From: an uncultured Chloroflexia bacterium
GTDB taxonomy: Bacteria; Chloroflexota; Anaerolineae; CG2-30-64-16
DNA: 64,000 nucleotides
Reading direction: 5' to 3'
NCBI GenBank assembly: GCA_963774265.1
Contig: CAVZDU010000009.1
Span: 64,001-128,000, forward strand
Position numbers and translations under genes: made by a program. The stretch's first letter is position 1; each line of letters starts with the position of its first letter. The notes beneath the pieces are model-generated. The model was not told where the DNA came from. It was given only the letters and a program-made list of their open reading frames with translations, and made no database searches. Positions 30,761 through 41,759 of the stretch are shown here, piece after piece.

Positions 30761-30784
30761 ATGTAGGCGGTCAGAGGTTACGCT

Positions 30785-31906
30785 GTGACAAGAGACCTGA
30801 CGGCAGTGGTCGCAGGACACATCTGCCTGGACATCATTCCGCAGATCACCGGGATCACCCCGGAGCAGTTTCGCCAGAATTTCCAGCCGGGCCGGCTGAT
30901 GGTCGTTGGTCCGGCGGTCTTCGCAACCGGCGGCGCCGTGTCGAACACCGGGCTGGCCCTGGCTCGGCTGGGCATCGACGTCCGCCTGATGGGTAAGGTC
31001 GGCGACGATTTCATCGGCGAGATGATCCGCCAGATCGTCGACAACCGCAGCCCCGGGTCCGCGGCCGGCATGATCGTCGACCCCGCGGTCCACTCCTCCT
31101 ACACGGTCGTGATCAGCCCGCCCGGCATCGACCGCCTTTTTCTCCATGACCCGGGCGCAAACGACACGTTCACCGCTGACGACGTGCGCTACGGCGTGGT
31201 CGAGGCCGCCAGCCTGTTCCACTTCGGCTACCCGCCCCTCATGGCGCGCATGTTTTTGGACGATGGGATCGAGCTATCTGAGCTGGTTCGGCGTGCCAGG
31301 GCCACGGGCGTCACGACTTCACTCGACACCGCCGCGCCCGACCCGGCGGCCCCCGCGGGCCGTGCGAACTGGCCGCTGATCCTGCGCCGCGCCCTGCCGT
31401 ATGTCGATGCCTTCCTGCCCAGCGTCGAAGAATTGGTCTACATGCTGCACCGGCCTGAATACGACCGGCTGCAGGCCGAGACGGGCGGCGAACTGCTCGA
31501 TGCGGTGACGCCGGAGATGCTCCATGACCTGAGCGACGAGCTGCTGGCCCTGGGGCCAAAGGTGGTGGGCATCAAGCTCGGGCATCGCGGGTTCTACCTG
31601 CGCACCGCAGGCCGGGCCGCGCTGGCGGACATGGGCCGCGCCCGGCCGACAGCCCTCGACGCCTGGGCGGATCACGAATCGTGGGCGCCGTGCTTCCGGG
31701 TGGACGTCGTGGGCACCGCCGGCTCAGGCGATAGCGCGATCGCCGGGTTCCTGGCCGCGCTGCTGCGCGATCTCCCGCCGGACGAGGCGGTCACCATGGC
31801 CGTGGCGGTCGGCGCGTGCAATGTGGAGGCCGCGGACACCCTGAGCGGCGTGCGCACGTGGGATGAGACCCGCGCCCGCATCGCCGCCGGCTGGCCGCGG
31901 CGGTAG
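30785..31906 (+). CDS. PfkB family carbohydrate kinase
   Basis: GGAVSNTGLALARLG..GKVGDD, GTAGSGDSAIAGFL. Confidence 0.92.
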   Translation: MTRDLTAVVAGHICLDIIPQITGITPEQFRQNFQPGRLMVVGPAVFATGGAVSNTGLALARLGIDVRLMGKVGDDFIGEMIRQIVDNRSPGSAAGMIVDPAVHSSYTVVISPPGIDRLFLHDPGANDTFTADDVRYGVVEAASLFHFGYPPLMARMFLDDGIELSELVRRARATGVTTSLDTAAPDPAAPAGRANWPLILRRALPYVDAFLPSVEELVYMLHRPEYDRLQAETGGELLDAVTPEMLHDLSDELLALGPKVVGIKLGHRGFYLRTAGRAALADMGRARPTALDAWADHESWAPCFRVDVVGTAGSGDSAIAGFLAALLRDLPPDEAVTMAVAVGACNVEAADTLSGVRTWDETRARIAAGWPRR

Positions 31907-31971
31907 GCCCAAGATCGACCGCAAAGCGCCTGGGATTTCAATCCCGGGCCTCCCACCGTTATAATCCACGC

Positions 31972-34900
31972 GTGTCCCGTTTCTTTGACGCCCGGCTGCT
32001 CCGCGCCGCCGGGCCCGAGCGCACCTTCCTCCTCCTGGCCGTCGCGGGTGGCGCAGCCTCCGGCATCCTGACCGTCCTCCAGGCATACAGCCTGGCCCAG
32101 CGCGGTGGATGGCGCGTTCCTCCGTGGGCTGGACCTGGCCGGCGTGCAGCCCCTCCTCCTCATGTTGCTCCTCTTCACCGCGGGCCGCGCAACGGCCACA
32201 TGGATCGGCGAATTGGCGGCAGCCCGCGTGGCGCAGCGCGTCAAGGATGACCTGCGCAGCCGGTTGACCGCACATATCCTGGCGCTGGGACCCGCCTTCG
32301 CCCGCGGGGAGCGCACCGGCGAGCTGGCGAACACCGCGTTGGAAGGAGTGGACAGCCTCGACGCATACTTCGGCCAGTACCTGCCTCAGCTTGCGCTCGC
32401 GGCCATCGTCCCCCTCACCTTCCTGATCTTCGTCATCCCAATTGACCCGCTCTCGGGTCTCGTCCTGCTCCTGACCGCACCGCTCATCCCCCTGTTCATG
32501 GTCCTGATCGGCGCGCTGGCCGATTCCCTGACCCGCCGGCAGTGGGGCACGCTGAGCCGGATGAGCGCGCACTTTCTCGATGTGTTGCAAGGCCTGGCCA
32601 CGCTCAAGCTGTTCAATCGCAGCCGCGACCAGATCGTCCTGATCCGGCGCATCAGCGACGAGCATTGCGACGCCACCCTGCAGGTGCTGCGAGTGGCGTT
32701 CCTGTCGGCCCTGGTGCTCGAGATGGTCGGGACCCTCTCCACCGCGATCGTCGCGGTGGAAGTCGGGCTGCGGCTGCTGGCGGGAAGGCTCACGTTCGAG
32801 CCGGCTTTCTTCGTGCTGATCCTCGCGCCCGAGTTCTACCTGCCCCTGCGCCAGTTGGGCGTGCGCTTCCACGCCGGCATCTCGGGCGTGAGCGCGGCAG
32901 GGCGTATCTTCGAAGTGCTGGACCAGCCTTTGCCCCCCGAGGCCGTGCACGCCGGCCCCACACTCGCGTCGCGCAGCGAACGCCCGCCGCACATCAGCCT
33001 GAGCCACGTGACGGTCGCGTATGAGGACCGCAGCCTGCCCGCGCTCTCCGATGTCACCTTCGAGATCGGTCCGGCCGAGCACGTCGCGCTCGTCGGGCCC
33101 ACCGGGGCCGGGAAGAGCACCGTCGCCGCGCTGCTCCTGCGCTTCATCGATCCGCAAGGCGGCCAAATCACCGTCGATGGCGCAGCCCTGACCGGCCTGC
33201 CGCTGGATGCGTGGCGCGGCCAGGTGGCCTACGTGCCCCAGGCGCCCACCCTTTTCGATCTGCCGGCCGCCGACAACATCCGGCTTGGGCGGCCCGATGC
33301 GACCCTCGACCAGGTCATCGCCACAGCCCAGGCCGCCGGCGCGCACGCGTTCATCAGCGAGCTGCCCGACGGCTACGACACGGTCATCGGCGAGCGCGGC
33401 GCGCGACTGTCCGGCGGGCAGGCGCAGCGCATCGCGCTCGCCCGCGGCCTCCTGGTCGATGCGCCCCTGGTCATCCTCGATGAAGCCACCGCCAACCTGG
33501 ACCCCCAAACCGACGCCGAAATCCAGGCTTCGCTGGGCCGCCTTCTCCACGGTCGCAGTGCGCTCATCATCGCGCACCGCCTGAGCACCCTACGCGCCGC
33601 GGACAAGATCGTCGTGCTCGACGCCGGCCGCGTGGCGGAGCAAGGCAGCCACGATTCGCTCCTGGCCCAGGGCGGGAAATACGCGCAAATGGTCGCCAGC
33701 CAAGGGCCATCGGCGCTGGGGCCACGAAAAAAGCATCCTGAGCGGAGCAGCGCATCGGTTTGCGCTGCGCAGTCGAAGGATGCCGACCGGACGCCGCGTC
33801 AAGCCGCATCCTCACCTGCGGCTGCGCCCACAGGTGCAGGCACAGGTGTCGACTACACTCCGCTCAAGATGCCTGGGCCTTGGCTCTCTCCTTCAGGCGC
33901 GAGACCGGCCTCTCCGTTGCATGCCCTCCTCGCCTTCCTCGCGCCCTTCTCCAAATGGGTCGCGCTCTCCGTGCTCCTCGGGTTCCTCACCGTGGGCAGC
34001 AGCATCGGCCTCCTGGCCACGTCCGCATGGGTCATCGCGACGGCCGCGCTCCAACCGTCGATCGCGGTGCTCCAGGTGGCGATTGTCGGTGTGCGCTTTT
34101 TCGGCATCGCCCGCGGGCTGTTCCGATATCTCGAACGCCTGGCCTCACATCAGGTCACGTTTCGCGTGCTGGGCGCACTGCGCGTGTGGTTCTACTCAGC
34201 CATCGAGCCGCTGGCTCCTGGCCGGCTCAGCCGGTTCCGCAGCGGTGACCTGCTCGGCCGCGTGATGTCCGATGTGGCCGGCCTGGACAACTTCTACGTG
34301 CGAGCGGTCGCGCCGCCCCTGGTCGCGGTGCTGGTGGGCCTGCTCACCACCGTCCTGCTCGCCGCACGTAGTCCCGCGCTGGTGTGGCCGGTGCTCACCC
34401 TGCAGATCACGGCCGGCGTTGGCTTGCCCCTGCTGACCCTCCGGGCTGGACGCGGGCCGGGAACGCGTCTCACCGAGAGCCGCGGCCGGCTGAGCCGCGG
34501 CACTGGTCGACGGCATCCAGGGTGCGGCGGACCTCCTGGCGTTCGGCGCGGGGGGACGCCACCTGGACCGCGTCCGCGCATGTGGGGCCGAGGTCAGTCG
34601 GGCGCAGCGCAGCATGGCCGGCCTGGCGGCCGCGGGCAATGCTGCGGGCACGGTGCTGGCCTGGTTGGCCGTCATCCTCGTGCTGGCAATCGCCGTTCCC
34701 CTGGTGCGGGCCGGCCAGCTTGACGGCGTCAGCCTCGCGGTGCTTGCCCTGCTCACCGTGGCCAGTTTCGAGGCGGTCGCGCCCCTGTCCGCGGCCGCGC
34801 AGCACCTGGAGGCGTCATCGGCCACGGCGCGGCGCCTGTTCGAGGTGGCTGGCCGCGCACCGACGACGCAGGAGGTGGCTCTAGCGCTGCACGCCAGCGA

Positions 34901-35696
34901 TACGGATATTCCCCCACCGCCCGCGCCGCGTCCCCTATGGCCACCCGGCGCGACGCCGCCCGCCATCACGTTTTCCGGCGTCACGCTCCGCTACGCGCCC
35001 CATGAGCCGCCCGCCCTCGACGCCGCAGACCTGGTCATTCCCGGAGGCACGCTCCTGACCGTCGTCGGTCCCAGCGGCGCGGGAAAATCGACGCTGGCGA
35101 ACGCGCTGCTGCGCTTCTGGGACTATGAATCGGGCCAGATCCGCCTGGGCGACCATGACTTGCGCGACCTGGAGGGCGAAGCTGTCCGCAGCCTGGTTGG
35201 GGTCGTCAGCCAGCAGACCCACCTGTTCAACGCGTCGATTCGAACGAACCTGCTGCTGGCCCGGCCGGCCGCGACCCAGGGGGAGATCGAAGCGGCCGCG
35301 CGGCGCGCTCAGATTCATGATTTCATCGCCGGCCAGCCCCAGGGATACGATACGCCTATCGGTGAAGGCGGCTTGAAGCTCAGCGGCGGCGAGCGCCAAC
35401 GGTTGGCCATCGCGCGGGCGCTGCTGAAGGACGCCCCGGTCCTGATCCTCGACGAGCCGGCCGCCAACCTGGACAGCACAACCGAGGCAGCCTTGTGGGG
35501 GGCATTGGAACCCCTCATCGACCGCCGCACCGTCCTGCTCATCACCCACCGCCTTGGCGGCCCGGCCGCGCAGGGGCAGATCGCCGTGATGGACCGCGGG
35601 AAAATTGTCGAAAGCGGCGACCACGCGTCGCTGCTCGGTCAATGGGGCTTGTATCGACGGCTGTGGGACCAGCAGCACAACACCACAGCCCCGTAG
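31972..35696 (+). CDS. cydDC: Fused CydD-CydC thiol reductant/heme ABC exporter (frameshifts near 32100 and 34500)
   Basis: YLPQL, TAPLIPLFM, LAPEFYLPLR..FHA and NBD1, then in the same frame GVRFFGIARGLFRYLERLASH (CydC) and NBD2. Confidence 0.88.
33733..33783 (+). repeat. Palindromic coding-sequence repeat, copy 3
   Basis: GCATCCTGAGCGGAGC-AGCGCATCGGTTTGCGCT-GCGCAGTCGAAGGATGC in the CydD-CydC linker. Confidence 0.85.
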
Positions 35697-35861
35697 AGGC
35701 CGCGAACCACCCTCTCCACAGCAGCCGGGTCGAATTCTTGCCGCCTCCGGCGCCTGATGATATAATTCATAACTTGTCGGACTCCTGCGGACGGGTTCCG
35801 CTGGGGTTATACGCGATTTCATTACGCTCTCATTACGCTATCATTACGGAGGAAGCTTCCC

Positions 35862-36085
35862 GTGCAGATTTACCTGTATATCGCGCAGATCATCCTGGCG
35901 CTCACAATCATCGTGCTTGTGCTCCTGCAGGCCAAGGATGCCGGCCTGAGCAACATGTTCGGCGGCAGCGACATGGGGGTGTACAAGACCCGACGTGGCG
36001 TCGAGAAGACGCTGTTCAATGCCACCATCGTCCTCGGCATCGTTTTCTGGTGCTGTGCCTGGTGACCGTCATCGTCGCAGGCTAA
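35862..36085 (+). CDS. secG: Preprotein translocase subunit SecG (frameshift near 3' end)
   Basis: LVLLQAKDAGLSNMFGG..TRRGVEKTLFNATI. Confidence 0.9.
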
Positions 36086-36086
36086 C

Positions 36087-37778
36087 TTGGGCAGATATCT
36101 TCGCTGGCAGGCCGTCATTGCCCTCCTGGGCATCGTGCTGCTGGCTGCCCTGCTGCGCTATGCCGCCTACAACTTCACGACGCGTGACCGTTCCCGAACC
36201 GGGGCGGGACCTGTGTCGAAGGGGTGGCCGGCAATCCCCAATACCTGAACCCGCTCCTCAGCCAGTACAACCAGGTGGATGGGGTCCTGTGCAGCCCTGC
36301 TCTTCAACGGCCTGACCCGGCTGGATGAGCAGGGCAATGTCGTTCCCGACCTGGCTGAGAGTGGACCGTCAGCCCGGACGGCCTGACGTACGACTTCCGC
36401 TTGCGCTCGGGCCTCTACTGGCATGACGGCGCGCCGGTGACCGCGGCCGACGTGCTGTACACGGTCGGCGCGATGCAGGCCGAGGATTTCCCCGGCATGC
36501 CCTGGCTCAGCACGCTCTGGCGCGACGGTCGAAGTCGAGCGCACCGGACGGCCCCGAGGGTCTGACCGTGCGCTTCAAGCTCAAGCAGCCGCTTGCGCCG
36601 TTCCTCGACTACACCACCATCGGCCTGCTGCCGGCCCACCTGTGGGAGCAGGTGCCGGTCGCCGAGATGATGAGCTCGCAGCTCAACACCCGGCCGATCG
36701 GCACCGGCCCGTTCCAGCTCGCCCAGATCAGCGCCACGCGCGCCGATCTGTCGCCGTCAATCCGCGCTATCACGGCGCATCGCGCCTTACCTCGACCGGG
36801 CTGACCTTCCGCTTCTATCCCGACCACCAGAGCCTGCTGCCCGCCTACGACCGCGAGGAGATCGACGGCATCAGTTGGATCTGGCCCGAGGAGATGCCGG
36901 ACGCGACGGCCGCACGAGGACCTGCAGCTGTTCTCCGCGCCCGCTGTCGGGCTACACGCTGATCTACCTGAACCAGCACAATCCCAACGTGCCGTTCTTC
37001 AAGGAGACGTGCCGTGCGCCAGGCGCTGCTGTACGCGCTCGATCGCCAGGCGCTGATCGACACCGTCCTGCACGGCCAGGGTCTCGTCGCGCATTCCCCG
37101 ATCCTGCCCGGCACCTGGGCCTACGATCGCCGATGTCACGCAGTACGCCTACGATCCCGAGCGCGGCGCGCCAGCTGCTGGATGAGGCCGGCTGGAAGGA
37201 TAGCGACGGCGACGGCGTGCGCGATCAGGACGGCATGAAGCTGGCCTTCGTCCTGCTGGGCAACGACAAGGCCATGATCGAGGCGATCTCCGCGGCCTGG
37301 GCGAGCATCGGCGTCCAGGCGGCGCCGCAGCCGGTCACGCCTGCCCGGCCTGACCAGCCGACTTCCTGGTCCCGCGCACCTTCGACGCCGCGTTGGTCGA
37401 CTGGGAGCTGACCGGCGATCCCGATCCGTATCCGCTCTGGCATTCGACGCAGATCAAGGACGGGCAGAACTACGCCGGCTGGGAGAACCGCGCACGCCGA
37501 CGAGGCCATCGAGCAGGCGCGCTGCGCTCACCGATCGCGAAGCCGTCGCCGCAGCTTACTACCTGGAGTTCCAGCGCATCTTCGCAGAGGAGGTGCCGGC
37601 GCTGCTGCTCTACTACCCGGTCTACACCTACGGCGTGCGCGAACAAGATCCACGACGTGCAGATCGGGCCCGCTCAACACGCCCGGCGACCGCTTCCGCA
37701 GCATCGCGAACTGGTACATCGTCACCAAGCGGATTACGGTCAGCACCGGCAAGTGCACCGACCGCGCGCACGACTTGA
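36087..37778 (+). CDS. Peptide ABC substrate-binding protein, family 5 (many frameshifts)
   Basis: Fragments YLNPLL, LFNGLTR..VVPDLAE, WHDGAPVTAADV, PIGTGPF, VRQALLYALDRQ, LDEAGWKDSDGDG, DPDPYPLWHS. Confidence 0.85.
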
Positions 37779-37826
37779 CAGCCGACCGGGAATAGTGGTA
37801 TAAATCGGTCACAATCGAACAGCCGA

Positions 37827-37911
37827 GCCGAAGTGGCGGAATGGCAGACGCGCTAGGTTCAGGACCTAGTGAGGATTATCCCTCGTGAGGGTTCAAATCC
37901 CTCCTTCGGCA
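37827..37911 (+). tRNA. tRNA-Leu(CAG)
   Basis: GCCGAAG/CTTCGGC acceptor stem, CTAGG-TTCAGGA-CCTAG anticodon arm, long variable arm, GGTTCAAATCC; TTGACA promoter at 37775. Confidence 0.97.
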
Positions 37912-37922
37912 CTGGAACGTCG

Positions 37923-37952
37923 AGAATCCCACGGCACTTCGTCGTGGGATTC
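37923..37952 (+). terminator. Hairpin after tRNA-Leu
   Basis: GAATCCCACGGC..GTCGTGGGATTC followed by TGT. Confidence 0.6.
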
Positions 37953-37987
37953 TGTGCCTCAGGGCCTGAACGAGGAGTGTCCCTGTC

Positions 37988-38396
37988 ATGGTCACCAGGA
38001 GGCAAGCGGTGTCCTGCCTGGTCCGTTCAGCCAACTGCATGCTGCTGGCCGATCGTAGCTGATCGCGCTGGTTGCGCTTGTGGCTGCGGTCTTCTTCACA
38101 GCTGGCTTCATCGAGCTAACGGTAGCACGGCGTCAGTTGGAAGCGCATTACCAGCAAGCCCAGCAGCCAGGTCGGAGCGCACACGCCGGCAGAACGACGC
38201 TGCTGCAGGTCGATCTGGAGCGTGCGCAGCGGGGTCGAGATCACTGCCCTGGCAGGCGTGGGACATGCTTCGGCAAGCTGCCCAAGGGACACGGGCGTCA
38301 TCGCAGGCCGCGCCGGGCACGGACGACACACCGACTGTCGAGCAGCGCCAAAACGCCCATCTGGGACGGACTGGTGGCTGAAGTCCTTGGGCATAA
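37988..38396 (+). CDS. Possible septum formation initiator (FtsB/DivIC-like), heavily frameshifted
   Basis: GAGGAG RBS; TM segment then coiled coil ARRQLEAHYQQAQQ; Trp-rich end; frame broken several times. Confidence 0.4.
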
Positions 38397-38398
38397 CC

Positions 38399-38426
38399 TT
38401 GACAAAGGGCCACAAACAGGTATAAT
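38399..38426 (+). promoter_or_regulatory. Consensus sigma70 promoter for tRNA-fMet
   Basis: TTGACA-16 nt-TATAAT, 11 nt upstream of the tRNA. Confidence 0.85.
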
Positions 38427-38437
38427 AACTTATACGT

Positions 38438-38786
38438 CGCGGGGTGGAGCAGTGGCAGCTCGTTGGGCTCAATCCCCGAAACTGACAGCAGGTCGGGCAA
38501 GCAATGCCGCACAATGTTTGCCGGAGAGTCAGATTCGGAGAGGGCTGCACGCAGAGTAATCTGCGTGTGATCACCTGTCAAAGTCGGGGAAGCCGTTAGC
38601 GGGGTAACCCCGAGCCAAGCTCCGGTGTAAGCTGGAGAAGGTGTAGAGACTTGATGGCAGGCGCCCTACCGGGTCAAGCCGGGGGCGAAGGGAAAGTCCA
38701 GACCACAAAGCCGGGTGACCGGTGCAGCAAAAGCTGTAGTGGTAAGCATAACCCAAAGGTCGCAGGTTCGAATCCTGCCCCCGCAA
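38438..38786 (+). tRNA. Initiator tRNA-fMet(CAT), intron-containing (exons 38438-38469 and 38747-38786)
   Basis: Joined exons give CGCGGGG..TTGGG-CTCATAA-CCCAA..GGTTCGAATCC..CCCCGCA; C1:A72 mismatch and three G-C pairs in the anticodon stem. Confidence 0.95.
38470..38746 (+). ncRNA. Group I self-splicing intron, 277 nt, no ORF
   Basis: Follows U33 and ends in G; P2 CACGCAGA-GTAA-TCTGCGTG, P3 CCTGTCA/TGGCAGG, P4 TCGGGG/CCCCGA, P7 GAGACT/AGTC, P8 and P9 hairpins. Confidence 0.92.
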
Positions 38787-38794
38787 CCTTGAGA

Positions 38795-38829
38795 GACCTG
38801 GCAGCGATCAGCTGCCAGGTTTTTCTTTT
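38795..38829 (+). terminator. Intrinsic terminator after tRNA-fMet
   Basis: ACCTGGCAGC-GATCA-GCTGCCAGGT followed by TTTTCTTTT. Confidence 0.9.
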
Positions 38830-38896
38830 GTCCTCATCTGCGTGTCGCGAGGCGATCATGGATACCGGCACCACCGGAGGTCGAATCGAGCACAAT

Positions 38897-38925
38897 TTGA
38901 CCGGGCAGCGTCACCCGCATATAAT
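38897..38925 (+). promoter_or_regulatory. Sigma70 promoter for tRNA-Met
   Basis: TTGACC-17 nt-TATAAT. Confidence 0.8.
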
Positions 38926-38940
38926 AGCCGGGTTGTGAAC

Positions 38941-39012
38941 GGCGACGTAGCTCAGTGGCAGAGCAAGCGGCTCATAATCGCTGGGTCCTCAGTTCGAGTC
39001 TGAGCGTCGCCA
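38941..39012 (+). tRNA. tRNA-Met(CAT), probably elongator
   Basis: GGCGACG/CGTCGCC acceptor, AGCGG-CTCATAA-TCGCT anticodon arm, AGTTCGAGTCT T arm; Ile2 not fully excluded. Confidence 0.93.
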
Positions 39013-39122
39013 CCTAAGCCGGTGGCCCGAGGCTGCGATAGTAGCACGGTCACCTCTTAACCCGATAACGCCTTCCGGTGAGCGTGCTCCTTGGGAGCCT
39101 TGCGCTGCCGTAAGGCGTTTTT
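38946..39122 (+). repeat. Left copy of 177-bp direct repeat (attL-like)
   Basis: Identical to 50245-50421 except 39035 G vs 50334 A. Confidence 0.95.
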
Positions 39123-39374
39123 TTGTGGCAAGCACACAGGCGATTCCCATTCGAGGTCATTCGCAGAAGGAAATCCCCACCCTGCGCAGCCTGGCGGAGG
39201 TGTTGCCCGTTTTCGCTGGCTTTGGCGAACTTAACCATTGTCCCCAGACTGTGAGGTGGAAGCGCTGCCGGAGGAGCGCGACTACCTTGCGCACTCGGCG
39301 GCATTCATGCTATATTCCCTGCGACGTCAACAACCGCAATTTTCTCTCTTCGTGCAACAACGGGGTTGTCTGGC

Positions 39375-41747
39375 ATGACCACTGAAGCCGATACCTGCCG
39401 CAAATACGTCCTGCCCAAGCTCGTCAGCGCGGGCTGGGACGAAGAGCCCCACTCCTTCACCGAGCAGCGGACCTTCACCGATGGCCGGATTGTCGTCATC
39501 GGCGAGAAGGTAAGGCGCCGCCCACAGAAGCGGGCCGACTACCTGCTCCGCTACACCCGGGACTTCACCATCGCCGTGGTCGAGGCCAAGCCCGAGTACA
39601 AGACCGCCGGCGAAGGGCTCCAGCAGGCCAAGGACTACGCCGAGATCCTCGGCCTCAAGTTCGCCTACTCCACGAACGGTCACGGCATCGTCGAGTTCGA
39701 CTACTTCACCGGACAGGAGCGCCTGCTCATCGCCTTCCCAACGCCCGACGAGCTGTGGCAGCGCTGGCAGGCCGGCCAGCAGGTGACGCGATGACGTCGG
39801 CAAGTCCCTGCTGACCCCCGCGCACCACCTCAGCGGCAAGACTCCTCGCTACTACCAGGAGATCGCCATCAACCGCACGGTGCAGGCCATTCTGCAGGGC
39901 AAGCGGCGCATCCTGCTGACGATGGCGACCGGCACCGGCAAGACGGTGGTGGCCTTCCAGATCTGCTGGAAGCTGTGGAACGCCCGCTGGAACCGCACCG
40001 GCGAGTACCGGCGCCCCCGCATCCTCTACCTGGCCGACCGCAACATCCTGGTCGATGACCCGAAGGACAAGATATTCGCTGCCTTCGGCGACGCCCGCTG
40101 GAAGATCGAGAACGGCGAAGCCAACAAGAGCCGGGAGATGTACTTCGCCATCTACCAGGCCATCGCTCAGGACGAGCGCCGTCCTGGCCTGTACCGGGAG
40201 TATCCGCCCGACTTCTTTGACCTGATCATCGTGGACGAGTGCCACCGCGGCAGCGCTCGGGATGAGAGCAACTGGCGGGAAATCCTGGAATACTTCCAAC
40301 CGGCGTTCCAACTGGGCATGACCGCCACGCCGCTGCGCGAGGACAACCGGGACACCTACGCCTACTTCGGCAACCCGCTCTACACCTACAGCCTGCGCCA
40401 GGGCATCGAGGACGGCTTCCTGGCTCCCTACCGGGTCCATCGCGTGTTGACGACCTACGACGCCGTGGGCTGGCGGCCAAGCAAGGGCGAGCTGGACCGG
40501 TTCCTGCGGGAAGTGCCGGACCGGGAGTACTCGACCCCGGACTTCGAGCGCATCGTTGCCCTGCGGGCGCGCACCGAGGCCATCGCCCGCCACCTGGCCG
40601 AGTTCATGCGCAAGACCGACCGCTTTGCCAAGACCATCGTCTTCTGCGTGGACCAGGAGCACGCCGACGAGATGCGCCGCGCAGCTCAACAACCTGAACG
40701 CCGACCTGGTGCAGAAGTATCCCGACTACGTGTGCCGGGTGACCGCCGACGAAGGCGAGATTGGCCGGGGCCACCTGTCGCGCTTCCAGGAACTGGAGAC
40801 CAGGACGCCGGTCATCCTGACCACGTCGCAGCTGCTGACGACCGGCGTGGACGTGCCGACCTGCAAGAACATCGTCATCGCCCGCGTGGTCGGCGGCATG
40901 ACCGAGTTCAAGCAAATCATCGGCCGCGGCACCCGTGTCCGCGACGACTACGGCAAGCTCTTCTTCAACATCCTGGACTACACCGGCAGCGCCACGCGGC
41001 TGTTCGCCGACCCCGAGTTCGACGGCTGGCCGGCCATGGCCGACGAAGTGACGATTGATGAGCAGGGCCAGGTGGTCGCAGGGCACCGAGAAGGTGGTGC
41101 AGCCGGAAGAGACCGAGCACGGACGATAGCGAGGGCGGGACGGAGATCGGAGGCGACGACACGGCACAACTGCCGCGCAAGTACTACGTCGATGAGCGGC
41201 CAGGTCGAGGTCGTCGCCCACCTCGTCTACGAGCTGGACCCCGATGGCAAGCAACTGCGCGTCGTCAAGTTCACGGACTACACGGCCGAGAAGGTCCGCA
41301 CCATGTACACATCGGCGGCCGAGCTGCGGCGCCAATGGGCCGACCCGGCGCTGCGAGCGGATATCATCGCCAGGCTGGAAGAGCGAGGCATCAGCTTCGA
41401 TGAGCTGCGCACGGTGACCAACCAGCCCGACGCCGACCCGTTCGACCTGCTGTGCCACGTGGCGTTCAACGCGCCGCTGCGCACCCGCCGGGAACGGGCC
41501 GACCGTCTCCGCAAAGAGGAGCGCGCCTTCTTCGAGCAGTATGGGGCTCGAGGCCCGAGAAGTGCTGGACGAGCTGCTGGAGAAGTACGCCGAGCACGGC
41601 ACTGCTCAGTTCGCCATCCCTGACGTGCTGAAGGTGCCGCCCATCTCCAAGCATGGCAATGTGATTGAGATTGCGAGCCTGTTCGGCGGGGCGGCGCAGC
41701 TGCGCGAGGCGGTCAACCAGCTGCAGTCACTGCTCTATGCCGCCTAA
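39375..41747 (+). CDS. hsdR: Type I restriction enzyme R subunit (EcoAI/EcoEI-like, frameshifted)
   Basis: RADYLL..VVEAK, MATGTGKT, IVDECHRGS, GMTATP, QIIGRGTR, DPFDLLCHVAFNAP. Confidence 0.95.
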
Positions 41748-41759
41748 GGAGACGCAGTG

